From contig JAYWIR010000009.1 in the NCBI GenBank assembly GCA_036172245.1, positions 4,092,001 through 4,156,000 of the forward strand: a stretch of DNA of 64,000 bases, in the 5' to 3' direction. Below, one piece after another: positions 25,201-36,600 of the stretch. This DNA comes from Raillietiella orientalis. Taxonomy: Eukaryota. The translations under genes were made by a program, and so were the position numbers. The notes beneath the pieces are model-generated. The model saw only the letters and a list, made by a program, of their open reading frames with translations. It was not told the DNA's origin and ran no database searches. The stretch's first letter is position 1. The number at the start of each line of letters is the position of its first letter.

Positions 25201-27499
25201 GGACAGGCGCGCCTCAGCCGCCGAAGGGAGGGGTCGTCCGCGAGACACCTCCCTGCCGCTCTGGGTCGCCGCCTCCGCCCCGGACGGACAGGCGTGGGGG
25301 CGCCGCTCCCGTCCGAGAAGGAAGGGGAGGAGGCGTTTCCAGGCGCCCCTACGTCCAAGCCGTCTCACTGGCGGCGCCTTGCCCTCAACCCCCTCCCTCT
25401 CCCCCACGCACGCACCCCACCATGCTCTTCTCCCTCCCTCTCCCGGCGATGCAGATATCCATCTAATTCTGCTGGCACGGGAGGAAGGAGGAGCGTGGAA
25501 GGAGCAAAAAAAAGGGAGAGAGAGAAGGAAAGAAAGGAAAGGGAGGAGAGAGAGGGGGGGGCGAAGGAAAAAAATAGGGGTGGGGAAGATGAGATGCTGC
25601 GATAACGGCATCATGCGACGGGAGCGGCGAGGTTTCCCGGACGGAGGAGAGAGGGGGAGGCCTCTGCTCCCCTCCCCTCTCGGATAAGCGCGCGCGGACG
25701 AGCGAGGGGGATGGCTGGGGATCGCGCCGGCATCAGAGATGGGGCGGGGTGATAAAATACCAGACGGCGATGGGGGACGTTGAAAAATCGCCTCCCCGGC
25801 GTCCCGAGATGTCTTCGGGGTTCCCGGGGCGCGCATTGTTCAGGGTGTTCTTTCATCCCGGCGGTAGCGGCTGCCGCGAGAAAACATCGCCGCTGTTTGT
25901 TCCCAGGAGGGATGTTAGGGAGGGGGGAGAGGAATCGGTGGGGACGGAGCGCATAGAGCTATGGAAGGCTTTCCCTCCCTTTCCCCTCCTCTTCCCTCCG
26001 CTTTCTGGTGCCAGTGGGAGCTGCGGGGTAGGCAGGGGCTCACCTCCTTTGGAGCGTCTAAGAACTCACTCCTCTTCCTGCCGCGGGTTCTCGCAGGATT
26101 CTTCGTCGAGAAGGGACCGCTCGTGTTGTGGGGAGGGCGTTTTCTTCTATGGAGACCCCGTCCTCAGCGTCCTTCCCCGCTCACCCTTCCAGTCGGCGGT
26201 GGGAGGAGGAGGAGGACGACGGAGCGGCCGGTGGGTCCAGCCGGCGGGCAGGGGGGAGCGCGCCCTCGTCACGTGAGAAGATCCTTCCCGCCGATAGCGT
26301 CCGTTCGGAGATCGCGCAGATAGCGGGCGAGTCCCGGAGCATCGGGCCCCGGCATCTGGGGACCGCGTGGGGCGACAGCGGAGGGAAAGAGGGGGACTGA
26401 CAGAGAATCGGGAAGGGAGGGGGAGGGGACAGCTCCTGGGAACGGGAGAGACGGAGGGGGCCAGGGAAGGGACGGCCACCCCGCAGAGTGCACCCCTCCC
26501 CCCCTCCCACCCCACCCCCTTCCCACCCATGAGCGTGCGCCCCGCTGGCGGCAGGGAGCAAGGAGAGATCTGCAGGCCCCGCTTGGAGACTTGCCTGGCG
26601 ACGAGGGCCACTGTCGATGGCGACGTCCCCGCCGTTTTCTTCTCTCCTCCCTCCTTGTTGTTCTCCTCCCTGCTGCCCGCGCATTTCCCTCCCCCGAACA
26701 TCCTTCCCGCTTCCTCCTCCTCCTCTCGGCGAAGGGCGCGCTCCTCCCCCCGCGCGGGGGCTGTGTCGGATGCGCCCCCGCACGGTATCTGATACGCCCG
26801 CCGCTTCCGATCCCCAAGCGCGCGCACCCCATCCGCCTCCGGTGGGGCAGAGGCGGAGGGTGCAAATGCGCTCCGGTGTGCCGCTCCGCCCCCTTCCCGA
26901 CCGACTGCTCGCGACAGGACGAGGCACCCTCACCCCCACCCACGCACCCGCCGCCTCCTCCATAAATCACCAGCGCCCGTCTTTCCTTCCCCCCTCTCGC
27001 TCTTCCTCTTCCTCTTCCCTCCTCCTCCGCCTCCCGGAGCTCAGATCGGAGGACACGATACGGGGGCCCTGATGTATGCTCCGGTGCGAGAGGACGGACA
27101 GCGGGATGGATGGAGCGGTCTGCCGTGGACCACCGCGCCCGCCCTCGTCCCCGGAGGAGAAAGGAGTGCCCGCGGGAGAGGAAGGACGGGGGAGAGAAAG
27201 AAAAGAGGGTGGAGGAGGAACACTTTCCGCCGCGGGCGGCCCAGAGAACGAGACGTCTCCTCCCACGCATTCGTCCCACCTCCAGAACGGGAGTGAGGAG
27301 AGAGGGAGGGACCGCGCGCCCGAATACAGAAGGTCGCTCCTCCGCTCCAGCGTCCGCGCAGCCCGTGGTGCCATCTCTCCCCCCCAACCCGGCTCCCAGG
27401 CATCACGAGGTACAGTCACCTCTCCGGGATCTCTGAGTGAGGGCGAACAGAGATCCTCCACGTCCTCTCCTCCTCCTCCGTTCCATCCTCCTCTTGCCC

Positions 27500-28530
27500 C
27501 ACGAGGTTCGGTCGGAGAGGATGACCACCGACTGGTGGTGCTGCCACCGAAGCATCCCTCTGCCGCCGCTACTTCAGAAAGGAGATTCCTGGATCGGAAC
27601 TACTCCTCCGCATCCCTGCCAGGACTAGAAGAGAAGGGAAGATGCTCCGCCGCAAGAGGGAGCGGGAAGATGCTTTGGTGGACGCGCACCTTCCTCCAAA
27701 GCGCCCTGCTCCTCCCGGAGACCCTCCAAACCCTCTTCCGCAACCAACCGCCTGGCACCGCTCTCTCTCCTTCCCGTGAAGAAGACCGACAGGAGTCTCG
27801 CCTTTGCCTCCACCGCAGGTGCCTCCGGGCGTCGCACAGCTTGCCGTGTTCCAGGGTTCAGCCGCTGCGGCGAGCTGCACCGGCAGCCTCTGGAACCCTG
27901 AAGAGCTCCTCCTACTTCCCTCCTTCGGCGCTGCCCTACCCTGGAGACTCTCCTGCCTGCTCACTTACCGTGCGCTCCCTCGGGACTCCTGCTGTGGCGC
28001 GCGACCTCCACTGGTGGCCTCCTCTGTGAGCCAAAACCTGACGGCACTCCAGTGGGAAGAGTGAAACCCGACCAACAGATGAAGGAGTGGAGGGGAGGGG
28101 TACGGATGGGGAAACCTTCCAATGGCACGCCTTTCCTTCGTGAACCTTCTCGACGTTTCCCTTTACTCCCATCCTACCCCCGGAAATCCCGCCTCGAGCC
28201 CGGGACCTCACCCATCCTCACACCCAGCTGACCCCCATTGGACTCCTCTGACGTTTGTCCTGGGACCCCGGGTGCAGAAAGGCGAATCCCTCTGCTGGCA
28301 TCCATCGGGAGGGATCTTCTCTTCCCGGGCCGGGAGTCGCGGCAGCCTCCTGGTCGCCGTCGACCCCGAGGCGCGCACCATCCGCAGCTGCGCCGTCTTG
28401 CAACAGGGGTGAGGGTGCCGGTTCTCGACTCAGGCTATCCCGGAGTCCGCCAGCCTCCTCCCTCCACCTTCCAGAAGTCCCGTCCCAACTAACAGGAAGG
28501 AGAGCCTTGCGCATCGGAGAGGTCAAGGTG
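27500..28530 (+). mobile_element. Decayed LINE RT/thumb relic just 3' of the GATA gene
   Basis: RSIPLPPLLQK (cf. RPISLLPxLSK), GKMLWWTRTFLQ (cf. GxLLxWIxxFL), AVFQGSA (cf. VPQGS), VLGPRVQKGESLCWHP, VRVPVLDSG, RRALRI in order across frames. Confidence 0.35.
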
Positions 28531-28815
28531 ACTGCTCCCCCTCTCTCGTTCACCGGAACTGTCTGCCCCCTTCCTTGCCCGGGTGGGACCTGCGATGGGT
28601 GTGCTGGCCCGGGGAAGGCGATCTCCCTCCGACGGCCGTGCTGACCCCGGGCGCCGCCATGGAACTCCAAACCCTCCCTTCCAGTTCTGCCTCTCCCTAC
28701 CTAACTTTCCACTTTCATTTATTTTATTTCAGTTTTTTTTTTTTTCAATTTTTTTTTTTATTTCTTCGCGCCTCCCCTCCGCTGCGGCCTTCCGCCAGTC
28801 TGTGGCACGCGGCTG

Positions 28816-31800
28816 TCACGCTGTGGCGCAGACAATGCTGCCTGCCGCCACCTCCCCGGAGGGAAACACGAAGGACCCGGGCGCGTTCCAGCCGATCCCG
28901 CCGAGGGCGGGCGAATGTCCGAATGCCCCGTGCACAGAGGCGGGGTGGTGGTGGTGGTGGTGGGGGTGGTGGACGTGGTGGGGATGGGGATGGTGGACAC
29001 TGGGATTGTACACGTACGCGGGCATCGTGCCGCCCGACGAGGGGGAGTAGCAGCTCTGGAAGGGGTGGGCCGTCTTCCCGTCGATGTGCCTCAAAAACTC
29101 GGGCATCTCGTAGGACTTTCTCTTCTTGGACTTGGTGGACAGCTTCCTGTTCCTGGTTTGGATGCCCTCCTTCTTCATGGTCATGGGGCGGTTGACCTGC
29201 AGAGAGGGCGGAACCGGTTAACGAAGGCAGGGGAAGCGGCTCTCGCGGGCGAGCGTCCTACCGCACCGCTCCCCCTCTTCCGGAAAAGATTCCTTCCTTC
29301 CCTCCCTTCCGAGGAGGACTAAAAAAGAAAAGAGAAGGAAGGAGGAAAAGAGGAATAGGAAAAAAAAGATGTAAGAGAAGAAAATGTGGAAGAAGGGGGG
29401 GGGGGGAGGAGGAGGAAGACGTTAGGGAAGAGAAGGAAGAGAGGAGAAGGAATGAAAGAGCAGGAACAATGGGGGAGAGAGAAGAGAACAAGGGGGAAGG
29501 AGAGAGGAGGGGGGGCAGCGTGCTCGTGGCGCCGCCGCGACGGCGCTGACTCGTCTCTCGGGGCGACGAGGGCGCTCCGTGTTTCCACCGCCCGTGGCGG
29601 TTTGTGACAGTCGCGGTAGCGACGGCGGCCGCCCCGCTCCGTCTCCCGGAGGCTGCATCTGCCTCCGTCCCCAAGGGAAGGTGAGAAGAGAGACAGCGGC
29701 CACAGCAGCAGCACCCGTCAGGTGCCGTAGGCGACCCGAGAAGCATCAGCGTCAGCAGCAGCAACAGGAGAAGAGGATGAAGAGGAAGAACTTCCGCGGT
29801 TGCCTGCTGCCCATCCTTTCGCGCGCACCTGCAACGCTTCCTCCTCCTCCTCCGAACCCCCCTCAGGAGATGAAGGGGTGGGCAAACGGTGGACTCCACT
29901 CCGCGAGGGGGTGGCAGCGGCGACGACGGCGCCGCGGAACCGTCACGCGGGGCGCGTGCGCGCGCAAAAGTCCCGACGTCCGGGACGAACGCGGGGGCGT
30001 CGCCTTTTGTCCTCGTGTTTGGGATGCGACGTCAGGAGCACAAAAGAGAGGGGCAGGGTCGTTCGGCTTGCGCGCCGGGGGGCTCATTCGGCCGGGAGGC
30101 CTCCCCTGCGGCGCACAGAAGTGCCCCATTCATCTCGGTCTCGCGGGCGAGGTGAAAATTAGGCAGGTAATCAGGCGGACGGCCCCGACGGACGGCAACC
30201 GCCGAGCCGCGCCGTCCCTCCCCCCCCCCCTCCACCCCTGCGACCGCCCCTCCTTAAACACTTCAATCGGGTCGGGTCGCGGCGACGGCGGCAGCGGCGG
30301 CGGCGGCGACGGGGCGACGGCGGCGGAGGAGACGGCGGCGGTGCTGGAAGACGGCGGAGGGGGAGGGACGGTGAAGCTGCAGCGGCGGTCCAGCGACTGT
30401 TTGTCCTGCGCGGGCGGACGCTCCATCCATCATTTCGCGCACACTGGAGAGGGCGCGTCGATCTCGCCGGAAGCCAAGGGGGAGGCAGGAAGGACGCTGC
30501 ACTCTGTGGGGATCGCCCGCCCGCGCGACGGAAAAAGGCGAGAGAGAATGTGCGCTCGCGTCCTCCTCCTCCTCCCCTGACGAAGCCCACGTCGAGGAGG
30601 AGGAAGCAGGAACCGCAGCTGGAGCGGAGGAACGCGAAAGGCCTGGGAGGCGAGCCTCAGATGACCGAGAACGAGGTCAGGAGAGGAGGAGGAGGGTCGA
30701 AGGGCGAGATCGGCAGAGCGAGACGGCCGCGCCTCCGGTCGTCCCCCCGCAGCACTCGCGCCCCTTTCCCTCCTTCACTCGGAAGCTCATCTGCCCGCGA
30801 CGGTCCACGGCTGCAGCCGAGCGGCGCAGATCGCATCCCTGCGCGCGCCTCCCTCCGGCGACCGACCCCGCCCGGGAACGCGGCGAGCCGCTCCCCGTCC
30901 CGCGGAGGGACCTGGCAAGAAAAAAGAAAGGAGGAATGGAAGCGCCATTCCTGCCGCTGCCGAAGAAGCCCGCGCGGTCGCGGGCTGTCCTCCGGCGCCC
31001 GGTCGCCATTCCTCCCTCTCGGACCGCGGCGCTCCGGGACTTGCGTCGCACCTGGCGCGGGCGTAACTCCCGCTCGCCTCAGCAGCGCCGCCTGCCGCGA
31101 AGCTCCGAGCTCGGCACCACCGGCAGCTCACGTTGCACGGCTTCAGGCGAAGACCGCTGCAGGCATCGCTGCCCTCCGGCGCCGCCACCTCTCCCCCGCA
31201 AGGCCGCGCCGCCGACGAGAGACGGGGGGGGGGGGGAAGCGTCATCCCCCAGCTCGCCGCGCAGCTCCGGGCCCGGCGCCACCGGCAGCGCCACTCACGT
31301 TGTGCAGCTTGAAGTAGAGGCCGCAAGCGTTGCACACGGGCTCGCCGTTCTGGTTGCGCCTCCACAGGGTGGTGGTGGACGTTTTGCAGTTGGAGCAGCT
31401 GGTGCCCACCCTCCGGGAAGCGCTCTGCCCGCGGGAGAGACCTCATTTCAGGATTCCGCTGAAAACATCAGGAAGAGTGGCTCACTATTCTCCTCTTGGG
31501 TTTGATGAGCGGCCGGTTGAGTCCGTTCATCTTATGGTACAGCCCGCACGCGTTGCAGAGGTAGTGGCCCGTGCTGTCTCTGCGCCAGAGGGGGGTGGCC
31601 GTGGCGCCGCAGTTGACGCACTCGCGACCCTCTGAAAGAGCACGGCTGACACGTTCGTCCCGCCCGCCTCATCCCGGAATGCACGTGTCTCGCTCCAGGT
31701 CAGGAGGGAGAGGAAGCGGGAGCGGGAAAAGCAGAAGGAACGGGGAAGGGTCCATGGGGGAGGAGGAGTGAGGAGAGGAGGAGGCGGGGAGCCGGTCGCC

Positions 31801-33035
31801 GCGCACGGCGAGAGTCCCGTTCCTGTCCGCCGCCGCCGCCGCCGCCAGAAGCCACCGGCGCGCGCGGGGCAGGCGGCGGAAACGGAAGGGGGGAGTAAGA
31901 GGATCGGGCGTGTGCTGCGAGGGAGAAGGGGTGGAGAGATGAGGGCGGAAGTCCCGCTCGCGTCTCCCTCCCCATCCCCTTTCGGCGTTTCCTTGACCTC
32001 CCTGCGGTACCTTCTCTGTACTTGACGCCCCCGCAACCTCCCATCGGGGGCACGAAGAGCGACCTCTGGGGGCCTCCTCCTTCGGTCGCCGGCGTCTCGT
32101 CCAGGGACGTCTTCAGGTCCAGCGCGGAGGCGCAGCTGGCCAGCAGGGCGCCGCCGCATCCGGCGGGATCGGCGGGAAACCCCGGGGCGAGATCGGCACC
32201 TCCGACGGGGTCCTCGGCCTCCTTGCCCGGAGTGAATGCGTATTGGGACGGATGCAGGTACACGGGGGAGGCGAAGGGAGGCGCCCCCACCGAGGGGACG
32301 GCCGCGGCTGCTGTCCTCGCCTCCGCCGTCGCCGTCGTCGTTGTCGTCGTCGTCGTCGTGGAGGACGTCTCCACTGACGAGGGCGCCGCCGTCGAGGCTG
32401 TCGACGGTGGCGGGAAGGGGTAGCACCAGGAGACGGCAGGGGCGGCGGCGCCGCCCCCGACCGGCGGAGGGAACGTCGAGACGGCCTTGGGCTCCGAGGA
32501 CACCCAGTGGTGCAGGTGGGGATGGAAGTGGGGACGGCAGATCTGCCGCGGATCTGAAAGCACAGCAGCGTATCAGAGGCGGCGGCGCGCCCCTGACCGC
32601 GCCCTCGTGCCCGCCCTTCCCCCGGAGAGGCGGAAGCGTCCCCAAGGGTATTCTCCTCCCTCACCCCACCCCGCCTCTGGGCATACGGACCAAGACTCGC
32701 TGCCGCAGCATCCACTTACCAAAGTCCGCGTGAGCGGCAGGCGCCGCGCCTCCGAAACCGGGAACGGACGGGCAGTAGTATTTGTCGCCCCGGGCGTCGG
32801 GAGCATCCAGGTTCCCGTAGAGCGCCGCCGTCTCGGCACTGGCGTCGTGGGGGTGGCGGAAGCCCAGCCTCCCGTGGGGAGAGGGCACGTCGGCGGTCGC
32901 GGCCCCCATCCTCGCGGACGGGCTGTACCACCTGGCGGCCGCTGCGGCGGCGGCGGCTGCGGCGGCTGCGGCGGCTGCGGCTGCGGCGGCGGCCGGTCCC
33001 GCTTGCCCTGCGGGCTGGTCACCGACGACGTTCAT
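28816..33035 (-). CDS. grn: GATA1/2/3-class (grain/GATAc-like) double zinc-finger transcription factor, ~503 aa
   Basis: Spliced by hand with GT-AG junctions and consistent phases: exons 33035-32720 (MNVVGDQP..poly-Ala..RWY..HADF), 32553-32011 ([17 protein letters not shown], like the GATA2/3 QxCRP motif), 31631-31486 (N-finger [49 protein letters not shown]), 31424-31299 (C-finger [42 protein letters not shown]), 29196-28816 ([20 protein letters not shown]...SIVCATA*). Total 1512 nt. TRNRK is the GATA123 signature. An alternative in-frame ATG lies at 33071. Confidence 0.95.
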
Positions 33036-33585
33036 GTCCGCGGGCAGCGACGACGGCTGCAGAAGTAACATCGACCCCGCCAGCGGGGCCTCTCCGTGGG
33101 CCGAACGAGCCGGACCCGGGTTCGTGGCCGACCTCGGACGGGAGTCCTGCGGGCAACACGGTGAGAGGGGATGTGTGGGCTGAGGCGCGCGCAGGGTCGC
33201 CGGGCCGCAGTGGGCAGGCGGTCGCCGACGGCGCACCACCACCACCACCCTCCGGGACTGTCCTGCGGATGGGCTCGAACAGGTGAGGCGGCGGGCAACG
33301 GGGGGATGGGCGCCGGGCGTCCCCTTCAACCCGCCGAGGACGGATGGCGGGAAAGGAAGGGAGAGTAGGGAAAGAAGTTGGAGGAGGTCCGGGGGTCCCC
33401 TTTTTCCCTAGCCCCCCCCCCCCTCCTCGCTCCTCCTTTCTTTCTTCCCCTCGCTGCGCACGTACTCACGGCGTCTCTCCTCCTCCTCCACCTCCTTTCA
33501 CTCCTCCTCCTCCTCTCCTTGCGCGTCCGTCCGTGCGGTGGCGCGGTCGCTGCTGTGCGGGAAGGTCCTTCCCCGGGACGGGTGC

Positions 33586-33626
33586 AGATAACAATCGCGC
33601 GAGGCGGCAGGCGCTCCGCCTTATCA
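33586..33626. promoter_or_regulatory. Inverted pair of GATA sites ~550 bp upstream of the GATA start codon (candidate autoregulatory element)
   Basis: AGATAA at 33586-33591 and CTTATCA at 33620-33626. Confidence 0.35.
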
Positions 33627-36600
33627 GCGCGGCTCGGTCACCGTCCGCTCTGCTCGCGTCGCCTCCCCGCCAGCGCGCCGAGCGGCCGGTCGGAGAGGCG
33701 CGGAGCGGAGGGCAGGCGAGCAGCCAGCCAGCGGGGCAGAGCGCAGGCGCACGAATCGGCCAGGAGCGAGCGAGCGCATGCGCGCCTCCTCCTCGTCGTC
33801 TCCCTGCCTCCTTCCTCCTGCAGCAGCGGCGCTGCGGTGCGCTCCAGGCGGCCGCCGCGGTGCCGCCGCTCTCGGCCGGAGCTGGCGCGCGCTACCATCT
33901 CGCGGGAGAACAGCGAAGCGCTCCGGAGCGCGCGCAGCACGGAACGACCGCGCTCGGGAGGAAGGAGCTCTACTCCCCATCCCCCTTTCCGAGGTCCCCC
34001 CTCTTCCCTTCCCATCCCTTCTCCTCCTCACTGCCGTTCGTCCTCTCCCTTTCCCTTCGGAGGAGCCGCTACCTGCCGCAGCCGGTCTCGGGTGGCGCCT
34101 CTTTCGTCGCTACGGCGAAGCGTCTCGTCCCGCAAAAGCACCCCCCTTGGCCCCTCCTCACGATGGGAAGCAGTTCGCCGTACGAGACGCCACGCTTTCC
34201 CACGTTTCCCTCATCCACCCCACCCGCCCCCGTCCTTCCGCGTGGGCATGCGCTCGCGGGTCCCGGAGGGGGTGCCTCGGCTTACTTAGGGATGCGAGCT
34301 TCTTCAAGTATCCGTGGATACACTCGTTTCCTTGCCCCCACCCCACCACCCCACCACTGGACAGCGCCCGGCCTCCCAGAGGGAGCGCAGGAAGCATCCG
34401 AGGCGGCGGATGCAGGTGGATGCGCGCGCAGCAGCAGCGGCCTCCGCTGCTGCTGCGCGCGCTCCCTTCGTTGACCTCTCGAGGACGCCCAGCAACCAAT
34501 CAGCGAGCTCAGGCTCAGCCAACAGCGGCCGCGTGCTCCCGGCAAGCCCCGCCTTCTCCAGGACCGCCTCCGCTCCCGGCCGATTCCTCCCTTCCGCCGG
34601 GCCGGAAAGCAGCTTCCGCGCTCCGCGCCGGCGGCCAAACGGGCACCCAGGGCGCCCCACGGGGGGAGAGCGCACCGACCAACCGCAGTCCCCGCAGGCG
34701 CGCCGTTCGCACGGAGCCGCCGCCACCTCCCTCGACGAGCTCCCGCCCCACCCCCCAACCCTGATTTGGGGCACGGGGGTGAAGGCGTTCCCCCCCTGAC
34801 TCCCATCCTTCTCGAGCCCTTCCTGACCTGCAACGGCGAAGACGTGTGCGGCCGACCTCCTCCTCCTCCTCCTCCCGGCTCGCTTGGCCAGCCGCCGCGC
34901 GGTCTGGCTGCTGCCTCTAAGGCTCCCGTCGCTTGGACACGGCCGCCGCGGCTCCGGAGCGCAGCGCGCGCGCTCCCTGCCGGCTGCGACTGCGGCGGCG
35001 CGCCTGCGCCGAGTGGAACGTCGGTCTGTCTGCTCGTGGCCGCGGCAGCCACGCACTTCCTATCCTCTTCGCAAGGGGCAGGGAGGGGAGCGAAGGGTGT
35101 GGAGAGGGATGCACCCCGCCCCCCGCCCCGTCCCCCTCCTTCCTCCCTCCGTGTTCCCAACTCGTTTCGGCGCGAGGGGGGAAGCTTCCCCTCGCTCCCG
35201 CCCTAGCGACCTGCTCGGAAGGGACCGTCCGTCGCTCCTCCAGGATGAGAAGATTCCCGGATGGGGTAGACGCGTCAAAAGGACGCTTTGCATCCTTGCC
35301 CCACCCCCGTTCCCCGTCCACTGCTCGCGCGGAGAGTGCCAGGAACTTGCAGGTGCAGCGCCTTCTCCGGGTGTGGGCGAGGAAGCGGCGCCGGGCAGCA
35401 CCTAGCCGCGGGGTTCCCGAGCGAACAGTCCCTCTGCGACGCCACGGCGCCCGTCGCTTCCTCCCGCGCGCGCGCCTCCCGTCCGTTTCCGCGACAACGG
35501 CGCCGGCGGCGTTGTAGGGAGTGGCGGCAACGGCGGCGCTCCAGGGTCGCCGTGCGTGCGACGGGACGGAAGCGCCGCGGGGGCGCCTCCTCTCGGTGGT
35601 CCCGCTTTCCCGGCTCCGCCGCGGCGGAGGTCGCCCCGCAACCCTTCCGTCCTCCCCTTCCACCGCGGCGACGGCGACTCCCGCCGCCGCCGCCGTCGCC
35701 GTCGCCGTCGCCGTCGCTGCCGCCCGTCCCCCTCCCGGGATTCCCCTTTCCCCCTTCCGCCACCCCTTTCCCCTTTCACTTCCTCCCCCTCCCCCGTGGG
35801 CGAGCAGGCGGCGGAGGGCACGCACGCGCTCAGCGTCCCCCCCCCCCCCACACACACACACACTCTCTCCTCCCCGGTGGATTAGTGAGGTCGCGAACGG
35901 ATTGCCATCTCTCGGACGGGCGAGGAAGCTGTCTGCCTCCCAGGTCGGCTACCTGCCAGCGGCGGTGATTGCAAGAGAGACCCCTCCTCCTCTTCCTCCT
36001 CCTCTCCGGTAACGGCATCGCCTCCGGAAGATGTCGCCGGAGGCCGCTCGCTATTCCTCCACTCCCGCCCCGCCTCCCCTCTCCCGGAAGGGTTCCTCCG
36101 GGTCTTCCCGCGGACCCCGGCTGCTAGCGGGGTGCCGTCTTCGGTCGCCAGGGAGGCAGCGAGGAAGACGAGGACGCCCACGAGCCCAGGCTCGCTGCGT
36201 GGGACCTCTACAGTTACCCGCCCTCTCACAGACTGCCCGCTGGCGCTGGCGTTCTTGAGCACTGAACGGGGGGACTCCATCCACTCGGGGGAGGGGACGG
36301 GGAGTAGGGGGGAAGCGAGAGCGGGCAGGTCGAGTGCCGTTTCCCCCCCCCTCCTCCCACATCCCTCCCTTCTCTACAGAGGGAAGAGTACAGTCTGTGG
36401 GGCCAACGCACGGCCTCCCCTTCCGCCCGCTCTCGACCTCCCTCGAGCGCGGCGCCTTGGCAACGGCGGCGGATTACGCGGCAACTGCGCTCGCTCGTGG
36501 GAACCTCTCGACGCCGGGATTACCGGGATGTCATACCGAGGAGCGGCGGCCAGCCCGGATGATCCCGAAAGTCCCGGAGGGCGCTGCGGACGTTCTCTCC

